DNA of 64,000 nt from the human T2T-CHM13v2.0 reference genome, Homo sapiens. The notes beneath the pieces are model-generated. The model made no database searches. It was given only the letters and a program-made list of their open reading frames with translations, and was not told where the DNA came from. Location: assembly GCF_009914755.1 (NCBI RefSeq), contig NC_060929.1; one strand, given 5' to 3'. A program made the position numbers and the translations under genes. Below, piece after piece: positions 25,693 to 42,920 of the stretch (positions are counted from its first letter, which is position 1; each line of letters opens with the position of its first letter).

Positions 25693-28600
25693 GAATGCAC
25701 ATCCTTTATGAAGAACAAAAGTTCAATATTGAGCTGATCCTTCTTGCACACAGAATGCCTCTCTCTCTCAACACACTCCATCTCCCCTTTCCTTTCCCCC
25801 CCTCTCATTCTTGCCTTTTTATGCTTTCTTTCACGTACACTTATTCTTAACCATAGCTTCTTCATTTTAATATAAAACTTAAAGTCGCATTTATGCATCA
25901 TATAACACATTCCAGTCCTTTCCAAAGTCAACAATCCAGGAATGGCCTGGCACAGTGAAGAGCTGTAAACCTACAGATTTTGAATATGTGACCATTTAGT
26001 TCAATCTCTCACCAGATGTTGAATCTCCTTCATAACATGCTCAACTGCCTCTAGTGATGATTTAAAAAAAAGCAGCCTGTTGCATTTATGAGGTTTTAAT
26101 TATTTGAAGGTTATTTATATATTGAACTTAAATCTGCCTCCCAATAGCTGTCAAGGAGCTTACATTCTAGTGAAGGACACAGACGCCGGACAAATAAGTA
26201 TTAGAGGTAGTGATGGTGTTCTGTAGAAAAAGTCATTTCCCAGCTGTATTAACTTAGATCTTTTTAGCCTCTTTTATCCTGTTTTTTTAATCTCTAGAAA
26301 TATTTTAACAGTCTCTAAAATATGTTATTTGAATAATAACGTAAAATGCTAGCTTAGTACCTGACACAAACTAGTTGCTCAGTGAAGACATATATCATTA
26401 TTGTATACTTTGCTGTTGGTTTTTTTCCTGCTCCACAGAGTTTGTTCCCAGCAATTCTGTAAGAAGGGGCAAGTTGGGGAGCTAGACTTGACTGACTCTC
26501 CAGTTTACCATCTATTCTGCAGTTAGACGAGTCTTCCATCAGGTAATCCACAATAATAGTAAGGCTTCTAACCATCCATGTCTCTGGAGGGGAATGCAAT
26601 GGCTATTGATGTTTGCTCCGACCCTGATTCCACTCCTCATTCTTCAAGTAACTGACTTTTGGGAAACCACCCTTTTCCATGTCCAGTCCATTTATTAGCA
26701 ATGAAGCCAAGTCTGATCCCAGAGCCAAAGCTCGCTGCGTCCCATGTAGAGCAGTAAGAATGGACCAGGCGTGGCCACACAAACAGGAACCCAGAACCTG
26801 CAGTGCAACTATCAGGAAGTGGTAAGTTTTTTCCACTGGACTTGAAACAGGGCAAATGTGAACCTGGAACTGAGGGGGCCACTTGTTCAGACTTGTTCAG
26901 AAAACACAGAAAGCCAACGGAGGGCAGGAGACATTTGGGTCCTGGCAAGAGATTTGAACCCCATAAAGTCACACTTGAAGACAATGGATATTTTTATTAT
27001 ATAAATCAACAAATTCCCCTTTTAAGTGAGTTTGAATTGAAGCTTTTAAGGCATTTAAGGCTGAAAGATTTCTTCTGTTTAGTTACAGTCCGATCAGATT
27101 TTCCCTGCAACAAACATAATCTGGACTTGGATGAAAGCTTCAATGGTTCTTAAACCTTTCAGTGCCTATTCCAAGTCATAGAGAGTTCAGCGGCAGGATG
27201 GCTAAGGTAAAGGTAGGGGGAAACTCAGTATTTGCCTCTAGTCAGCTACTTTATTCTTCTCAGTACCAACCAGGGCAAGGCGTCCAGGGCTAGGGTTATC
27301 CATCCCACATCTGGATGTTCTCCAAATCTCCCAAAGGCACTCTACTTTCACCCCTTGTTCCCTACCTCTCCTCTTTCTTGACTTGCCACAACCTTTCATA
27401 CTCCCACCTTCCAACGCTATCACTGAGAGAATCTACCCCACTCTCCTTTTTCTCAAGATCAGCCCCTCCTCTTTGGGTAAGTGTTCTCTCCCTTCTTCGG
27501 TCTTGCAATTTTACTGCTTTAAGCTTTGAGTGTCAGTGACTTTTGTTGCTTTGTTGAGTTAGTGAAACTCTGCAGAAAGGAATATCTAGCTCAGTATCCA
27601 CTGAGGAGAGAAGCTGCAGTTGCTACTCCCAGAGGCTCTAAAATCAAAAATATTTCAATTCCACACACACAAAAATTTTTAAATATAAACCCACCTGTTT
27701 CTATTGGAAATTTATGTTATTCTCATTAACATAAGTTATACTGAGTTCTTTGAGAAGTAATACTTTATGGCCTTATTGTGTTTTCCCTCTTGAACCCTTC
27801 CCTAAGTGTCATCAAACATTCTACAGGCCAAATTACTCCTCCCTAATTCTTGTCTGGGAGGGAGCATGTTTCAGTTCCTGTCTTCACATTAACATTATTA
27901 ATTTCTCTTCTGTGGAATAGGACTAACTCACCAGAATTTTCCCTGGGCTGAGGGAAGCACTTCTCCAGATGGCCTTGTGCCCTTTGTCCTGAGTGCATGC
28001 CCACCAGGACACCTCCTGGTCCTTCCTTCAGATTTCGTGGTTTCTAGGGTACCCAAGTGGTCCCTGGATACATTCTGGTCCCTGGATAGAAATACTACTA
28101 TCAACTAATAAGCTAACATTCTGATTTACACTCCTGCCTCTTGAGAGCTTAGATACTGTGAGTCAATATCTAGAAGACCAACTGTTTCTGGATGCCTTGT
28201 TGGATGAAGTTTCTAGATCAACAAAGCTGGAATCAGAGCTTAGAGAAAATGACCCACGAACATACCACTTCCCTCTACTTCCTCTGTTATATAATGGAGC
28301 CAGCAGCTCTAGATATATCTTTACATCTCAGTTGTGTCTAATTGCAGCAGATAGCACTGGGCCCCTGATGTTGGAAGATGGAAGGAAGAATCATGGGAAG
28401 GTGATGGCTCAAGGCCAATATAAATTCTCATGAATGTCTTTAGCTGTCTGCTGCAACCCTCAGGTGAGCAAGCGTTTGTCACAAGGAACCATAGACCTTG
28501 ATCTGCCCAGATGTTCAGGAAGAGGTGGGTCCATTTTTCCTGAGCAACCATTCCAAAAATTTCCCATTTGTCTTTCTCCGGTCTTGTTTAAGCTTTTATC

Positions 28601-31600
28601 CTTGATTTCTCTTTCATTCATTTTTCTACTTGTGTTTAATGATAATTGCCCTAGTCTTTAAATATAAATGTAGCTCTGATACAATCCAATAGCTATTTAA
28701 TATAAGATCATACAAAGCCTACAACCTTGACCTCATCCTTGGGAAAGTCCTCCACGCACACCCAATGAGAGGTGTGTCTTCAGTGCCAGGAAGAGGTTGG
28801 ATGGACAGAGGAGGCATCAGTATTAGGGAAAAAGTACAAGGACAGAATCAGCAAAGACAGGAACTTAAAAATGTGTGCATGATATATGGGCAGAGGGAAG
28901 ACCAGTGAGACTTCCCAACTGGTTAAAAGAGTTCATTTTTGAAGAAACTCTTTTATGGAGATCATGTTGGACTATTAGGGCAAAATGTGACCATGGAAGC
29001 TCTGAAAGCTAGACTGAAAGGTATTCTTCACCATCACAGGTAATGAAAAACAATTGTGAGTTCTTAAGGACCAACAAAATGCTATTTAGAAACAGGAATC
29101 TGGCACCAATACACAGGAAAGTTTGAAAAGGGGAGGGCCTGAACTAGAAAGTAGACTCAGAGAGTTGTTGCAATCAGCCAGATCCTGACACCTTGATGGC
29201 AGGTGTGATTTTTAAAATATTATAAATAACTATACAATGCTCAATTATCCATAAAAACCAATCCAAGATTGTTCTGATGACTTAAGCCTAGAACCCTGAA
29301 TGACTGGCCAGTACTACATATCTTGCCCACAACACTGGTATCATCAAGTACGGGCTCATAAAGGTATCTCAGCTAAACTGAGAAATAAGTGCAATTTTTC
29401 ACATTAATTCTTTGTAGCATTCATACTTAGATCAAAAATCAATTAAGATATCCCAGAGTCTCTAACCCAGTGTGTTACTATGTTGTGCCCAAGAAGAACA
29501 TATGCTAAGATGGACATGGAGTGGGAAAATTCAGGAGTTTTTTTCTTCTTCCACACATGTGGATTTGTTCTTTATAAATGACAAACCTGCTTACAGAAAA
29601 GGAAATCGATGTGAGAGTGCAACAGTAAAGAAAGATAATAAAGTCCTATGTGTCCTATGTATAAATGGAAAAGGGGACTATTTTTGATCCTATGTACTAT
29701 TTAAACATTTTCTCTGTGTCATCTCTATAGCTATTTTTTGACTAATCTCAAAAAAAAATGCCTGAAAACATTTTACTAAAAGCTACATTTTCTTCTTGTT
29801 GTGAAGTGTTAAAATGAACCCTATACTTTTAACAGATAATCATTCCAAGAGACAGAAAAAACTATTGACATTTTTACAATAACAGGTTATTAATATAATT
29901 CACTGCAGCTGAAAGCACATAGAATACACTTACAATGTGGCTGAATAAAGGTTGCATGTACTTTGTGTTTTATTCTGCATCAAACAAATATCTGTCATGC
30001 CAAATCCTAGACTAGGCATAGAAACTCTTAGAAATCTCTGATTCTCAGAAAAAGATGAGCAATTGGAAAAAGTTCCTCTTCTCTAAATAAATTCCACATC
30101 AAGTAGTCCTAGAAGCCAACACTAGAGAAGAAAAACACATCACAATCATTCTTCAGGATAATGTCTGCAAAGTGTCACCCTGGAAGCCCCAGCAACACAA
30201 TTCCGCAACATCTGAATTGCGTTGCAGAAGCAATATTACATAAGCTCCCTGAGAATAAGTAATCAAGGAGATGGATGCTACCTCTTTCCACAAATACATC
30301 ATTTTTTCTCAGCAACTACTCATAGAAGAACATGAAGAAACAGAAGTGCGTATCTCTAAGATTACAGACACCTGCACCATTCTTCTGAAACTATTGCCTT
30401 AGAATTCTCAAAAAATTGTGATCTCCAATTAAAATGAAACCAGAGACTGTTTACATTTAAGAGCTTTCTAAAAATAAATATGAGGCCCAGATTAGGCTTC
30501 CCTACTACAATATTTACAGACCAAAGAATTTGAAGGGAAGCTGCTCTTGTCTTCAAAAGGCCTTTTTTGCCAGTTATTGAATCCTAAGTTCTGTATATAT
30601 GAATATACATGTTTCTCAGCCTTGTTGCACCCTCGTTCCCTTCTGCTGAAAGAGATTTACAAAACATTTGTTTTCCAAAGAATCCTACACTTTATAAAAG
30701 GATGCACCATAGGTTTCCTTTAAAAAGCAGACTCCCTGCTGTGCTTAAAATGAGTCAATTTACAAAGATGTGAATTAGCTACAATTCTCCAGAAATACAT
30801 CTGCTCCCTAAAGCAAGTCACACCTACTAAAAACTGTAGGTCTGAAAATTAGTGTGCAGGAAACATATTTCAAGCTCTTCAATAAAACGAAACAGTCTTT
30901 GGAGTTAATAAACAGTGGCTTGTATTTATTAATCTGGCATAAAACAAGATGGCTCCTAAAATCTAATTTTTCTTCTCTGTGCACTGCCTCCTCCCTGCCA
31001 TGAACACCCATAACCTGCCTTTTTAATCTACCCTAGAATACAAAGGACTACTTCCCTCTAACTCTAGGCTTTTTCTGGCTCCTGCAATGGGCCATGTTCT
31101 TAGCCAGTCTCACCTCCTGCCCACCCTTTAATTCAGAGGGGTCTTCCATATTGTGAGGCAGTTCCCTCCAACCCTCTTTGCGTGGCCCCCGCTACTTTTC
31201 CTTTGTAGCCTACTTCAGCTCTCTGCTGGCTTCCTCACCAGTGCATCCTTGACACCACCTTTCAGAATAGATCAGTTCTTTCTCATTCTCTCTCTGCCCC
31301 ATGTACTTCTCCTTCACAGCACTTGTCCAGAGTTTATATCTGAACTACTGGGATCATTTGATAAATAGCTGTCTTCCCCATTCCAGGCTTCATGAGACAT
31401 TATTTCTGTTTTTGTTATTTTATGCCATCGCCTGGTACCATGCATAGCAAAAGTGGGCTGACAAAATATTTACTGAATAGACAAGTGAGCCCTGCTTGCC
31501 CTTCAAATTTCCTCCTTATTGTTATTCTCTACCATATCAATAGAACTATTTTAGAAACCCTACACGTCATCAAGGACACTTCTCCAAAGATCTATATCCT

Positions 31601-33280
31601 ACTATCTACATCCTCTCCTTTCTGAACTCTTTTCAAACTTCCACACCTAAGATTCTACTGAAACCAGTCTCTCTAGTTTTCCTAATAATCTCCTAAGGGA
31701 CGAATTCAGTGGCTGCCTCAAGATTCATCCCCTTTAAAGCCCCTTCAATAAAGGTTGATGGCCTGCTCATGGTCCCTTGTCTTCTTCCTACTCGTCACTT
31801 TGACTTTTTCCCTTTCCCTCCCCCTGTTCTCTTCACATTTCCTCAAGATGCTCAACTTCCATCTCTCCAGCTCTTCCTTCTGGCCTCCACTATCTCTGTT
31901 CATGATACTTTCATTCCCCCAGACCCCAAGTCTGAAACACGTTACTCCTAGATATTCATTTCATCAATGCCATAGATTCTTCCTGGGGAGATCCCAATAG
32001 CCAAATTTCACTTTGAGTTCTCCTTAAGACCTCTGAACCATTTCTCCTTGCCTTCTCACTAGTTTGTTCTATACACACACTACCTTCTTCAAATATAGAG
32101 CAACCACATCACTTCAATGTTTAAAAAAAAATTTTTTTAATACAACTTTTCCTCCCTTCCCATTGCCCTAAAAACCAAATACAAAGGTGCAGGAATCTCA
32201 AGGACATGACACCGGGCCCTGGGAAAACTTAATGATTCGTTATTTCATAAACAATGATGGCAGTTCTCTATTTCACACACAAACCCACAAACCCATACCT
32301 ACACTTCCTCCCTTTTGCCCTGGAGTACTTAAGTTTTATCCATGTTTCCAAGTACATTGCAAATGCTTCCTCCTCTGAAAGTTTTGCTGATTTCCTGAAT
32401 GAATGTGATCTCTCATACTTTGACCTCTCATAAGCCTTTGTGTTTGGTGGTATCCTAATTATTTGTGCTCCAAAGATATATTCCTCTAAATCACAAGGTC
32501 TTACCTGCTTGGAAAACATAAGCACAATGTATTGAAATCCCAAATTATACTAGAAATCCCTTTTAAAAGACCATTATGCTTTTAGCAAAATGAGTCTCCA
32601 AGTGATTGGCTCTAAGAAATTTTAATAGGGCTTTTAATTGTAAATCAATTATTTTGGAGAAATGATTTAAATTGTCAGTTGGCATAAGTTTTCAAGGGTA
32701 TTTATTTCAATTACTTCTAAAAGTGTATGATGTTTTGGAGGTGAGGTAATAATTAGTAGTGCAAAAAGGCTAGAAGGATTTAAAGTCTTTAAAGTTTGTT
32801 ACTGTATAGATTGAATGTTAAATGCACTTTTAAAAATCAGGCACATATTTTCTAATTAATAAAGGATTGACCAAAGCCTAATGTTCCCGTAGGAGAAGCT
32901 TCTTTATCACAATATCGCTTTATCTCTTGAGAGTCGCTTGAGCCTTGACTGTCTATCATGAAAGAAAGATTGCCAGTGTGAGCTAAGGTCTCCCAAGCTA
33001 GAGCAGGAGAGCCCACAACTCACTAAGCCCATCTTTTCTCATTTTCAACAGATAAAAAGGTGAAAGTGTGTGGCACATTGGGCTAAACCTTTCGCATCAT
33101 CAAGGGTCATTATTTAGAACTGTTGATTGCAAGAAATAAGGGGTGTATGTGTTTGAATGTCTTTTTAAAGTTATATAAACTATTACTGATCAGTTACATG
33201 ATACCCAGGAGCAAGATCATGGGGTTTAATTACAAAGAATTATGCCTTGAGTCTCCCGTTTACAAGGAAAGCTGAAACAC

Positions 33281-33433
33281 TTACATATAGTATAAATAAA
33301 TATTTGTTGAATCTTAAAATTTAAAAACCTTTTAAAAACATCATCAAATAAAAAATTACATATAGTATAAATAAATATTTGTTGAATCTTAAAATTTAAA
33401 AACCTTTTTAAAACATCAACAAATAAAAAATTA
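33281..33433 (+). repeat. Tandem duplication, 75-bp unit x2
   Basis: TTACATATAGTATAAATAAATATTTGTTGAATC... starts at 33281 and 33356; 2 mismatches. Confidence 0.95.
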
Positions 33434-34472
33434 ATGCTATAGAAGTTGCAAAATTTATGGAGGATCCAAAAGATGAGATTGAATTATGGCAAGATTTAAC
33501 TATAGAATGTTTTAACATTGTTTAAAATAAAGACTGGAAAGATAGTAGATATCCAACAGTAAGGAAATGATTGAGTAAATTATAGCATATCCATACAATG
33601 AAATGTGTTTCTGACATTTGAACTGATATTGGAGGTATATTTCTTAACCAAGAAAGTTGTATAAAAATAAAAGTAAAATAATGTAATCAACCATGTATTT
33701 TATATGAGGTATATATACATAATATTCTGTAAGAATGTGCTAAAAATGTAAGAGCAATTGTGACTGGGTGGCATAAACTCTATATTTTATCTTCCTTTTG
33801 GCTTATATAAATTGTCAATATATTTTTCTGTAGTGAACATGTATTTTTTAAATGTTGTCTATATTAAAAGGAAATAGAACCAGTATTCTTTAAATGAAGA
33901 TAAGAAATGAGAAAAAGACAAATAGACATTTGTAAAACAAAGACTAAAAATACAGCTGCAAGACTTTCTGTGGAGTAGAAAAGGGAATCTTATTTCAAAA
34001 AAAAGATTAGCCTTATTATTATGTAAATAATTTTTTGTTAACTCCCACACACCAGAATTTTCGGTAAGATATTTCAAATGGGAAATCAAAATACAAAGAG
34101 TCAAATAGTGATGAAAGAGTAAAAAAGAAAAATAAGAAGTGTTCCCTCTAGAAAGAACAAAGAACAGTTCAAGTTAATAGATTAGTACAGTTCCCAAGTA
34201 AACACTTTCAAAGAAAACATGCTCTGTATTATGACTGCTTTGTGAAGTCTTCTCCTGCTAGGAAGAGTATGTAGTACACACATGTAAGATGCCTAATGCA
34301 ACTAGAACATTCCTAAAAACTGAAAAAATAATTGCTTAAAGAAAATTTAAGATTTTTAATTGCTGATTATTAGACTATTTCATATGTAATTTAGGCTGTC
34401 AGACTTAATAAACATTAGCTTTTGTTGTGACTTAGTTTCTTGTAGTACTGACTGTTGCCTTTAAATTCTTAA

Positions 34473-34827
34473 CGTATTAGTACATTCTCACCCTGCTATA
34501 AAGAACTACCCAAGACTGAGTAATTTATAAAGAAAAGAGGTTTAGTTGACTCAGTTTAGCATGGCTGGGGAGGCCTCAGGAAGCTTACAATCATGGCAGA
34601 AGGCACCTCTTCACAAGGCAGAGGGAGAGAGAATGAGTGCCTAGCAAAGGGGGAAGCCCCTTATAAAACCATCAGATCTTGTGAAAACTCACCATCACGA
34701 GAACAGGATGGGGGAAACCACCCCCGTGATCCAATTATCTCCACCTGGTCCCTTCCATCACATGTGGGGATTATGAGGACTATAATTCAAGATCAGATTT
34801 GGGTGGGGACATGGCCAAACCATATCA
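34473..34827 (-). mobile_element. THE1D-like MaLR solo LTR
   Basis: GTATTAGT...CTGCTATAAAGAACTACC...GGCACCTCTTCACA...CCAAACCATATCA. Confidence 0.9.
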
Positions 34828-34834
34828 ATTATAA

Positions 34835-35140
<306 letters not shown>

Positions 35141-35246
35141 TAATACATTATTGCCTTTAAGGCAGGGACAGGGACATTGCCCTAAGAATCTTCTTCAATC
35201 TGCATGTTCTCTAGGTGGATAGTCAAGATTTCAAAGCTGCCGTTTA

Positions 35247-37316
<2,070 letters not shown>

Positions 37317-39147
37317 ACTGGAATAATGGCAATGGCCAGGAGCATAGCACTATAAGGTTACCTGCCTTACTAAGATGGCCTGGGTTGCTTGATACAGACC
37401 TTTGGTTCTCTTTCTATTTTCAATTTCCCCATTATGTGAGTCATTGTTGCTGTCTGAATTCAGTTATTGTCTATTCTTTTAATCATTTGTATATATATTT
37501 TTTTAAATCTCAGAGCAATGAAAGAATGGTTGCAGTGGTCTCCCCTCTTCATAGCTGTTAAATGGACCATGAGCCAAGTAGTAAGTGGGTTAGTCACTGT
37601 GATACAGAATTAAGACATGAGTTTTATTTTCCATTGTAGAGTTACTCATTACTTCTCTGCTCCACAAATTCAGTCAAGTATTGTAGGTGCTCACTGAGGT
37701 CAACTGTCTTTCACTGCTCTGACATTCTCTAAATGTGAAATCTTTGTAGGGACTCATGGTCGTATACATCACCCTCTCTCAAGAGGCACAGTGAACTCTA
37801 GAAGTTTAACAGCCTAGGAGATCCAAAAACCTTCCCTATGGAGTGTTTAAGTCCTGGCTTTCTTCTCCTTAGCCTGATGGTTCTCAGACTTTAGTGTACA
37901 TCACAAGCACTGAGAAGCTATTAAAAATCCATCTCCCCAGGCCCCACATTGTCTACTGAAGCAGATAGGCCAGGGTGACCTGGGGAGAAATCCCTCTCCC
38001 TTGTCTATGTAATGGGAAATCTTGAAGGGCTGTGGTGTGGAGAACCTTGCAAAGGTCAAGAAAGGCCCAAGGCCACTGCTAGTTTCTAAGATTCTAAGAA
38101 TGTTAGAAAAGAGAAAAGTGTGAAAACAAGTTTCAAAAATGGTGAGCTATTTTAAAAATTTATATTTCATGAACTATTATCTGAAAAAATATGTATGTAT
38201 ATGATTGTGCTACTCTTATGGAAAGTTCAGAATTTTAAAATAGTCATTCAAAATGCACTACAGGCTACATAGTCTATTAAGGGTCCAAAAATCTAAAATT
38301 ACATGATGAGTAAGTTCCTGGATTCTCTTGATGTGCTCCTGTGCTTGTGAGTATAACCAAATTTGAAGATAACATCAAAAGTCTAAATCTGAGGTCCTTC
38401 GTGAATGAGAGTAAGAATAAGGCTAAATGGCCCTCCTGCCACCCCCACCCCTAACACAGGCCAGCATTTGGAGATAATGAGCATAAAGCACCTACCACCG
38501 TACCCAGAACATAAGAAATGCTGGCTCTAATTATTAGTTTCTACTAATTTTCCACAATGCTATGAGGCAAATATGTAAATTAAGCACACAGTCAAAACTT
38601 CTGTGTTTATACATAGAATTCCCAAGGTGATCTCTTTATCCATGAACTTCTAATAACCATTATCTTGTTAAATGTGAATTTGATTACACCACTTGTTCAA
38701 TGTCTGTTTAGCTACGTTTATTCTTTGTTTTTACAAGCAGCAGTCCAAGAGTGAAATTCTACTAGAGCAGGAATTCTTAACCTTGTATTATGAATTCCCT
38801 AGAGGGATGGTGAAGGCCACAAAATTTGGTGCAAAACGTTGTACACCTATGTGTGTATTTCCTTTAGGAAGGTATCAAAAGCATCTATAATATTTTCAAA
38901 TAGAATCAGAACCCAGAAAATTTAAAATCCTAAATGCAGAGTATCGGGGTGTGCTCACACTCTTCCCAAGCTGCACACACAATGCAGCATCGAAGTCCTA
39001 GAATCCCAAAGTACTTGATGATGATGGACAAGCCAGGAGGTGATCCCAAGACAACTTGACACCTCCAGGTCTACTTGGTCTGTGCATTAATTTCCCAGGG
39101 CTGCTGTAACAAAGTACCTCAAAGTGGATGGCTTAAAACGGAAATTT

Positions 39148-39460
39148 GGACTGGACGCAGTGGCTCACGCCTGTAATCCCAGCACTTTGGGAGGCCGAGG
39201 CGGGTGGATCACGAGGTCAGGAGATAGACACCATCCTGACTAACGCGGTGAAACCCCGTCTCTACTAAAAGATACAAAAAATTAGTCGGGCGTGGTGGCG
39301 GGCGCCTGTAGTCCCAGCTACTCGGGAGTCTGAGGCAGGAGAATGGCGTGAACCTGGGAGGCGGAGCTTGCAGTGAGCTGAGACCACGCACCACTGCACT
39401 CCAGCCTGGGCGACAGAGAGACACTCCGTCTCAAAATAAATAAATAAACAAACAAACAAA
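39148..39460 (+). mobile_element. AluY
   Basis: GATCACGAGGTCAGGAGAT, GAGAATGGCGTGAACC and GCGGAGCTTGCAG diagnostics; CpG-rich; GAAATTT(GG) on both flanks. Confidence 0.93.
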
Positions 39461-39709
39461 CCAGAAATTTGGTTCTCAGAGTTATGGAGGCCAGAAGTCT
39501 GAAATCAAGGTGTCAGCAGGGCCATGCTTCCTCTGAGACATCTTGGAAAGGATACTTTTTGGCTCTTACAGATTATGGTAGCCTCAGGCATTCCTTTGTT
39601 TCGTGAAAGAAAAACTAATCTCTGCCTCTGTCTTCACATGGTCACCTTCCTGTGTCTCTGTGTCTGAATTTTATTCTTCTAAGGATAACAGTCATATTGT
39701 ATTACTGGC

Positions 39710-40037
39710 TATTAAAATTAATTGGGAGGCCATTAGGCTGAGACAGCCTTAGCACCTTGGGTTCCTACCTAAGCAAATAGAAACATAATGTAAACCGCAA
39801 AATGAAACTTACCTTAACCAATCAGAAACTGCCAGCTAACCTCTACTAGGGACTTTAAGGCTACTGCTCCAATTTAACCAATCAAATCTTTTTCTTTCAC
39901 CTGCATCTTATAAAAGTTTCCTCATCACATCCCTTTGGTGTAAGCCAAAAAACTTGTGGTTTGTCACTGCACAATTCATGAATCACCGTCTGCTCAAATA
40001 AACTCTTTAAAATTTCAATGTGCCTAACTCTTTAACA
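39710..40037 (+). mobile_element. MER93/MER57-like ERV1 solo LTR
   Basis: ATTAATTGGGAGGCCATTAGGCTGAG start, AACCAATCA boxes, AATAAA, ends TTTAACA. Confidence 0.7.
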
Positions 40038-42769
40038 GGGCCCACCCTACTCCAGTGTAACCTTACCTTAACTAATTGCACCTGCAACAAACCTACTTTC
40101 AAAAAAGTCATATTCTGAGCTACTGGGAGCAAGGTCATATTTTGTGGTGTGGCCGGGGACACAATTCATCCCATACTAGGCTCTATTCTTCCATTTGTTT
40201 TGCTTATAAAAAGAAGGAACAGACAACCAGCACGTATTGAGATTTTCTCTATGCCTCCATCTGTGCTGATGCTTTAATCCTCACAAACTCCATGGTCACC
40301 AAAGAAAATTAAGACTCAAATCAGGTAACTTGCTTGGTGATGAGAACTAATAAAATGCCAAGTTTGAATATGAGTTTCTGTGACACCACAGTGACATTCA
40401 CATGCAGTTTTTGACAATACTAATGCAACATCCCAGGACAAATCTCAGGGGAAAATATGATCTCTAGGCAAATAAAACATCAACAAATTAAGCACTTTAT
40501 CATCTGTATGAGAGAGAATCACAAGCAAAGCAATGCTGAAGTTAAAAGGCTAACCTTAAAACTTGACCTTAAAAGATACTTAAAGTAATATTGGAAGATT
40601 CTCAACTAGTATACTTCTTTATATTTTATTCAGAGTCTATAAGATAGCATTTTTTTTAAAGTTATGTCTTCTGCTTTTTGGTGATTACAGTGTTTCGTAT
40701 GAAAAAATTTGATTCTAAAGAAATACATAAGGTGACACAATGCCACGATTTTTCCCCTAAAAAAAAATAAATATATACAAACGTATGTATCATGAAATAC
40801 GCCAGACATAAAAATGAAAAGTACTTAAGACTCTTAAATGCAGTCAACATTACTTTTTTATAACATGACAAATAAAATACTACATAGCTAAGCTTTTCAA
40901 ACCTCCAAAAGCATTGCAAAATTCTTATACACCCACTCTCGAAAAAAGCTATTTGATTTTTTTTCTGAAAGACATCATCTCGCATTAGAAGTCACAAAGA
41001 CGTGAACTTCTCATTTTCTACACAAGGTACACAAGGACAGTGAAATTGAAATCATCAGTGGGGTCCATAAAATGCTAAAATTGAAGGATTTTAATAAGAG
41101 ATCATTTTACTTTATTACAGTTTATGCATAATATTATCTCATCTCAAAATTTACCTAGGCTCATCCTTCCCAGTTCATAAAACAAGCTACGTGGAACAGT
41201 GGAAAGGGTGTCAATCTGCATGGAAGTAGAGGTGGGAGGTGGGGCATGAGCAAGGAAGTAAAAGTTGATGGGAAAAGGGGAAACCCAGAAGACTGCAGGT
41301 CTCCACTCCCTCACAACTAAAGGGCTGAACCTCCAAACATGCAGATCTGCCCCAAGTACATCACAAAGGAAAAATAGGGTTAGTTCAAGTATACTGGGCC
41401 ACTCAAGAAGTCCAACTTGCCCAAATGATCTCGAGCTTATTTCTAATTTGTATGAAGAATAAGAAAAGTATTTCTAATTAATGTTGATGATAGCAAGCCT
41501 ATTCATTTTAAATAGTACAAAAAGAACAATGTGTTTTATCTGCAATGTGCATATACAGTTTTTATGGCTATACATTCATTTCATAAGACATTTATAGAAA
41601 AAAACTGTGTGATGCCATAGAAGGGGCATTATTAGCCCGGGTATGAACAGACCTAGAATGCAAGGTGAGGCCTGCCATTGACGGATGTGTGAGCTTGACC
41701 AGTCATTTAGTTCTCTGAACTTTATCTTTTCAATTTGTGTTTTTCTTCAAACTCTTGTGCTTTATATTATTCAGAATATTTTTACTATTTTAAAATAACT
41801 TTTTAAAAATTGATAGGTCTTTACTTTTAAAAAAAGTAAACAGGGTAAGCAACGGCATGGTCAAAAATTATATATTTTAAAAACCAAGTACCTGTCTTTA
41901 ATCAAAACACAGTGAGTTGGCCGATTCAATTAAGACAGAAAATATAATTCCCAGTGTCTTAAATTTCACTTTCAAATTACTACATGCTTATCATAAATGA
42001 AGGCAAAAAGAGAAAATATTAGCACAAAATAATTTTGATTTTAAAAGGGCTGTTTAGTCAGTCATTCTGACATCATCATCAACGAACTAGACTGGTTTCA
42101 CTAACAAAAACTGATTGAATTCCATAAATGCACTATCTGCCATGCTTAAACATCTCCTTGCTGAAATAGAGAAACGGCATGGGATTTAGCATCAATTGTA
42201 TGTATGACCAGTTTGCAATAAATATTGCTTGAATTAGATGTGATTTGATTTGTCATGACTTTTGCATCCCCAGAAACCCAGTAGGAGCTTAGCTGTTAAG
42301 AGGAACTCAAGCATAGAGTTCTTTTGTTAATCATTAATGGCCACATTCTGCCAAAATTTAATTTCCATAGCTGCCAAGCACAAAAGTTCAGTTGTCTCCT
42401 GAATGCTAGCACTACAGTCTAATCTAATAATGAACATTGTAGCTCACCCTCAGCTATAAACAATCACACAAAGAGTATAACCCTTAACCCTGCAGATAAG
42501 TGGGTCAGAAACCACTAACCCAGGATAACAGCATGAAGGAAATTACTAATAAATTTTGTTATGTGATCAGATTAACAAACACATTTAAGATTATCTCTAA
42601 AGGCAATGAAAGAAAAACAACTCTCCACAATCCCCTTTTCCTCGACCCCAATTCAACTTGAAATTTAACCTGAAAAACTAGACAGATAGAGTCATATTTA
42701 ATGATAAATTATAATAGTTAACACTTACTTAATGCTCTTATGTGTTGGATACATTACATATACTATTTC

Positions 42770-42920
42770 ATTTAATCATCACAACAAATTTATAAAATAG
42801 GTACTTAATATTAAATTTATTTTATAGATGAACTAACTTTGGCTTAGTCAAGTTAAGAAACTTCCCAAGGTCACACAACCAGAACTGGGGTTTGATCCAC
42901 CCCAACACCAGAGGCCAGGG
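42770..42920 (-). mobile_element. MIR fragment
   Basis: TTTAATCATCACAAC...TTTTATAGATGA...GTTAAGAAACTTCCCAAGGTCACACA. Confidence 0.65.

Larger units (their letters stand above)
39081..40158 (-). mobile_element. MLT1B/C-like MaLR LTR split by AluY and a MER93-like LTR
   Basis: GGGCTGCTGTAACAAAGTACC...GGCTTAAAAC; GGAGGCCAGAAGTCTGAAATCAAGG; GGGCCCACCCTA...GGGGACACAATTCA. Confidence 0.8.
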
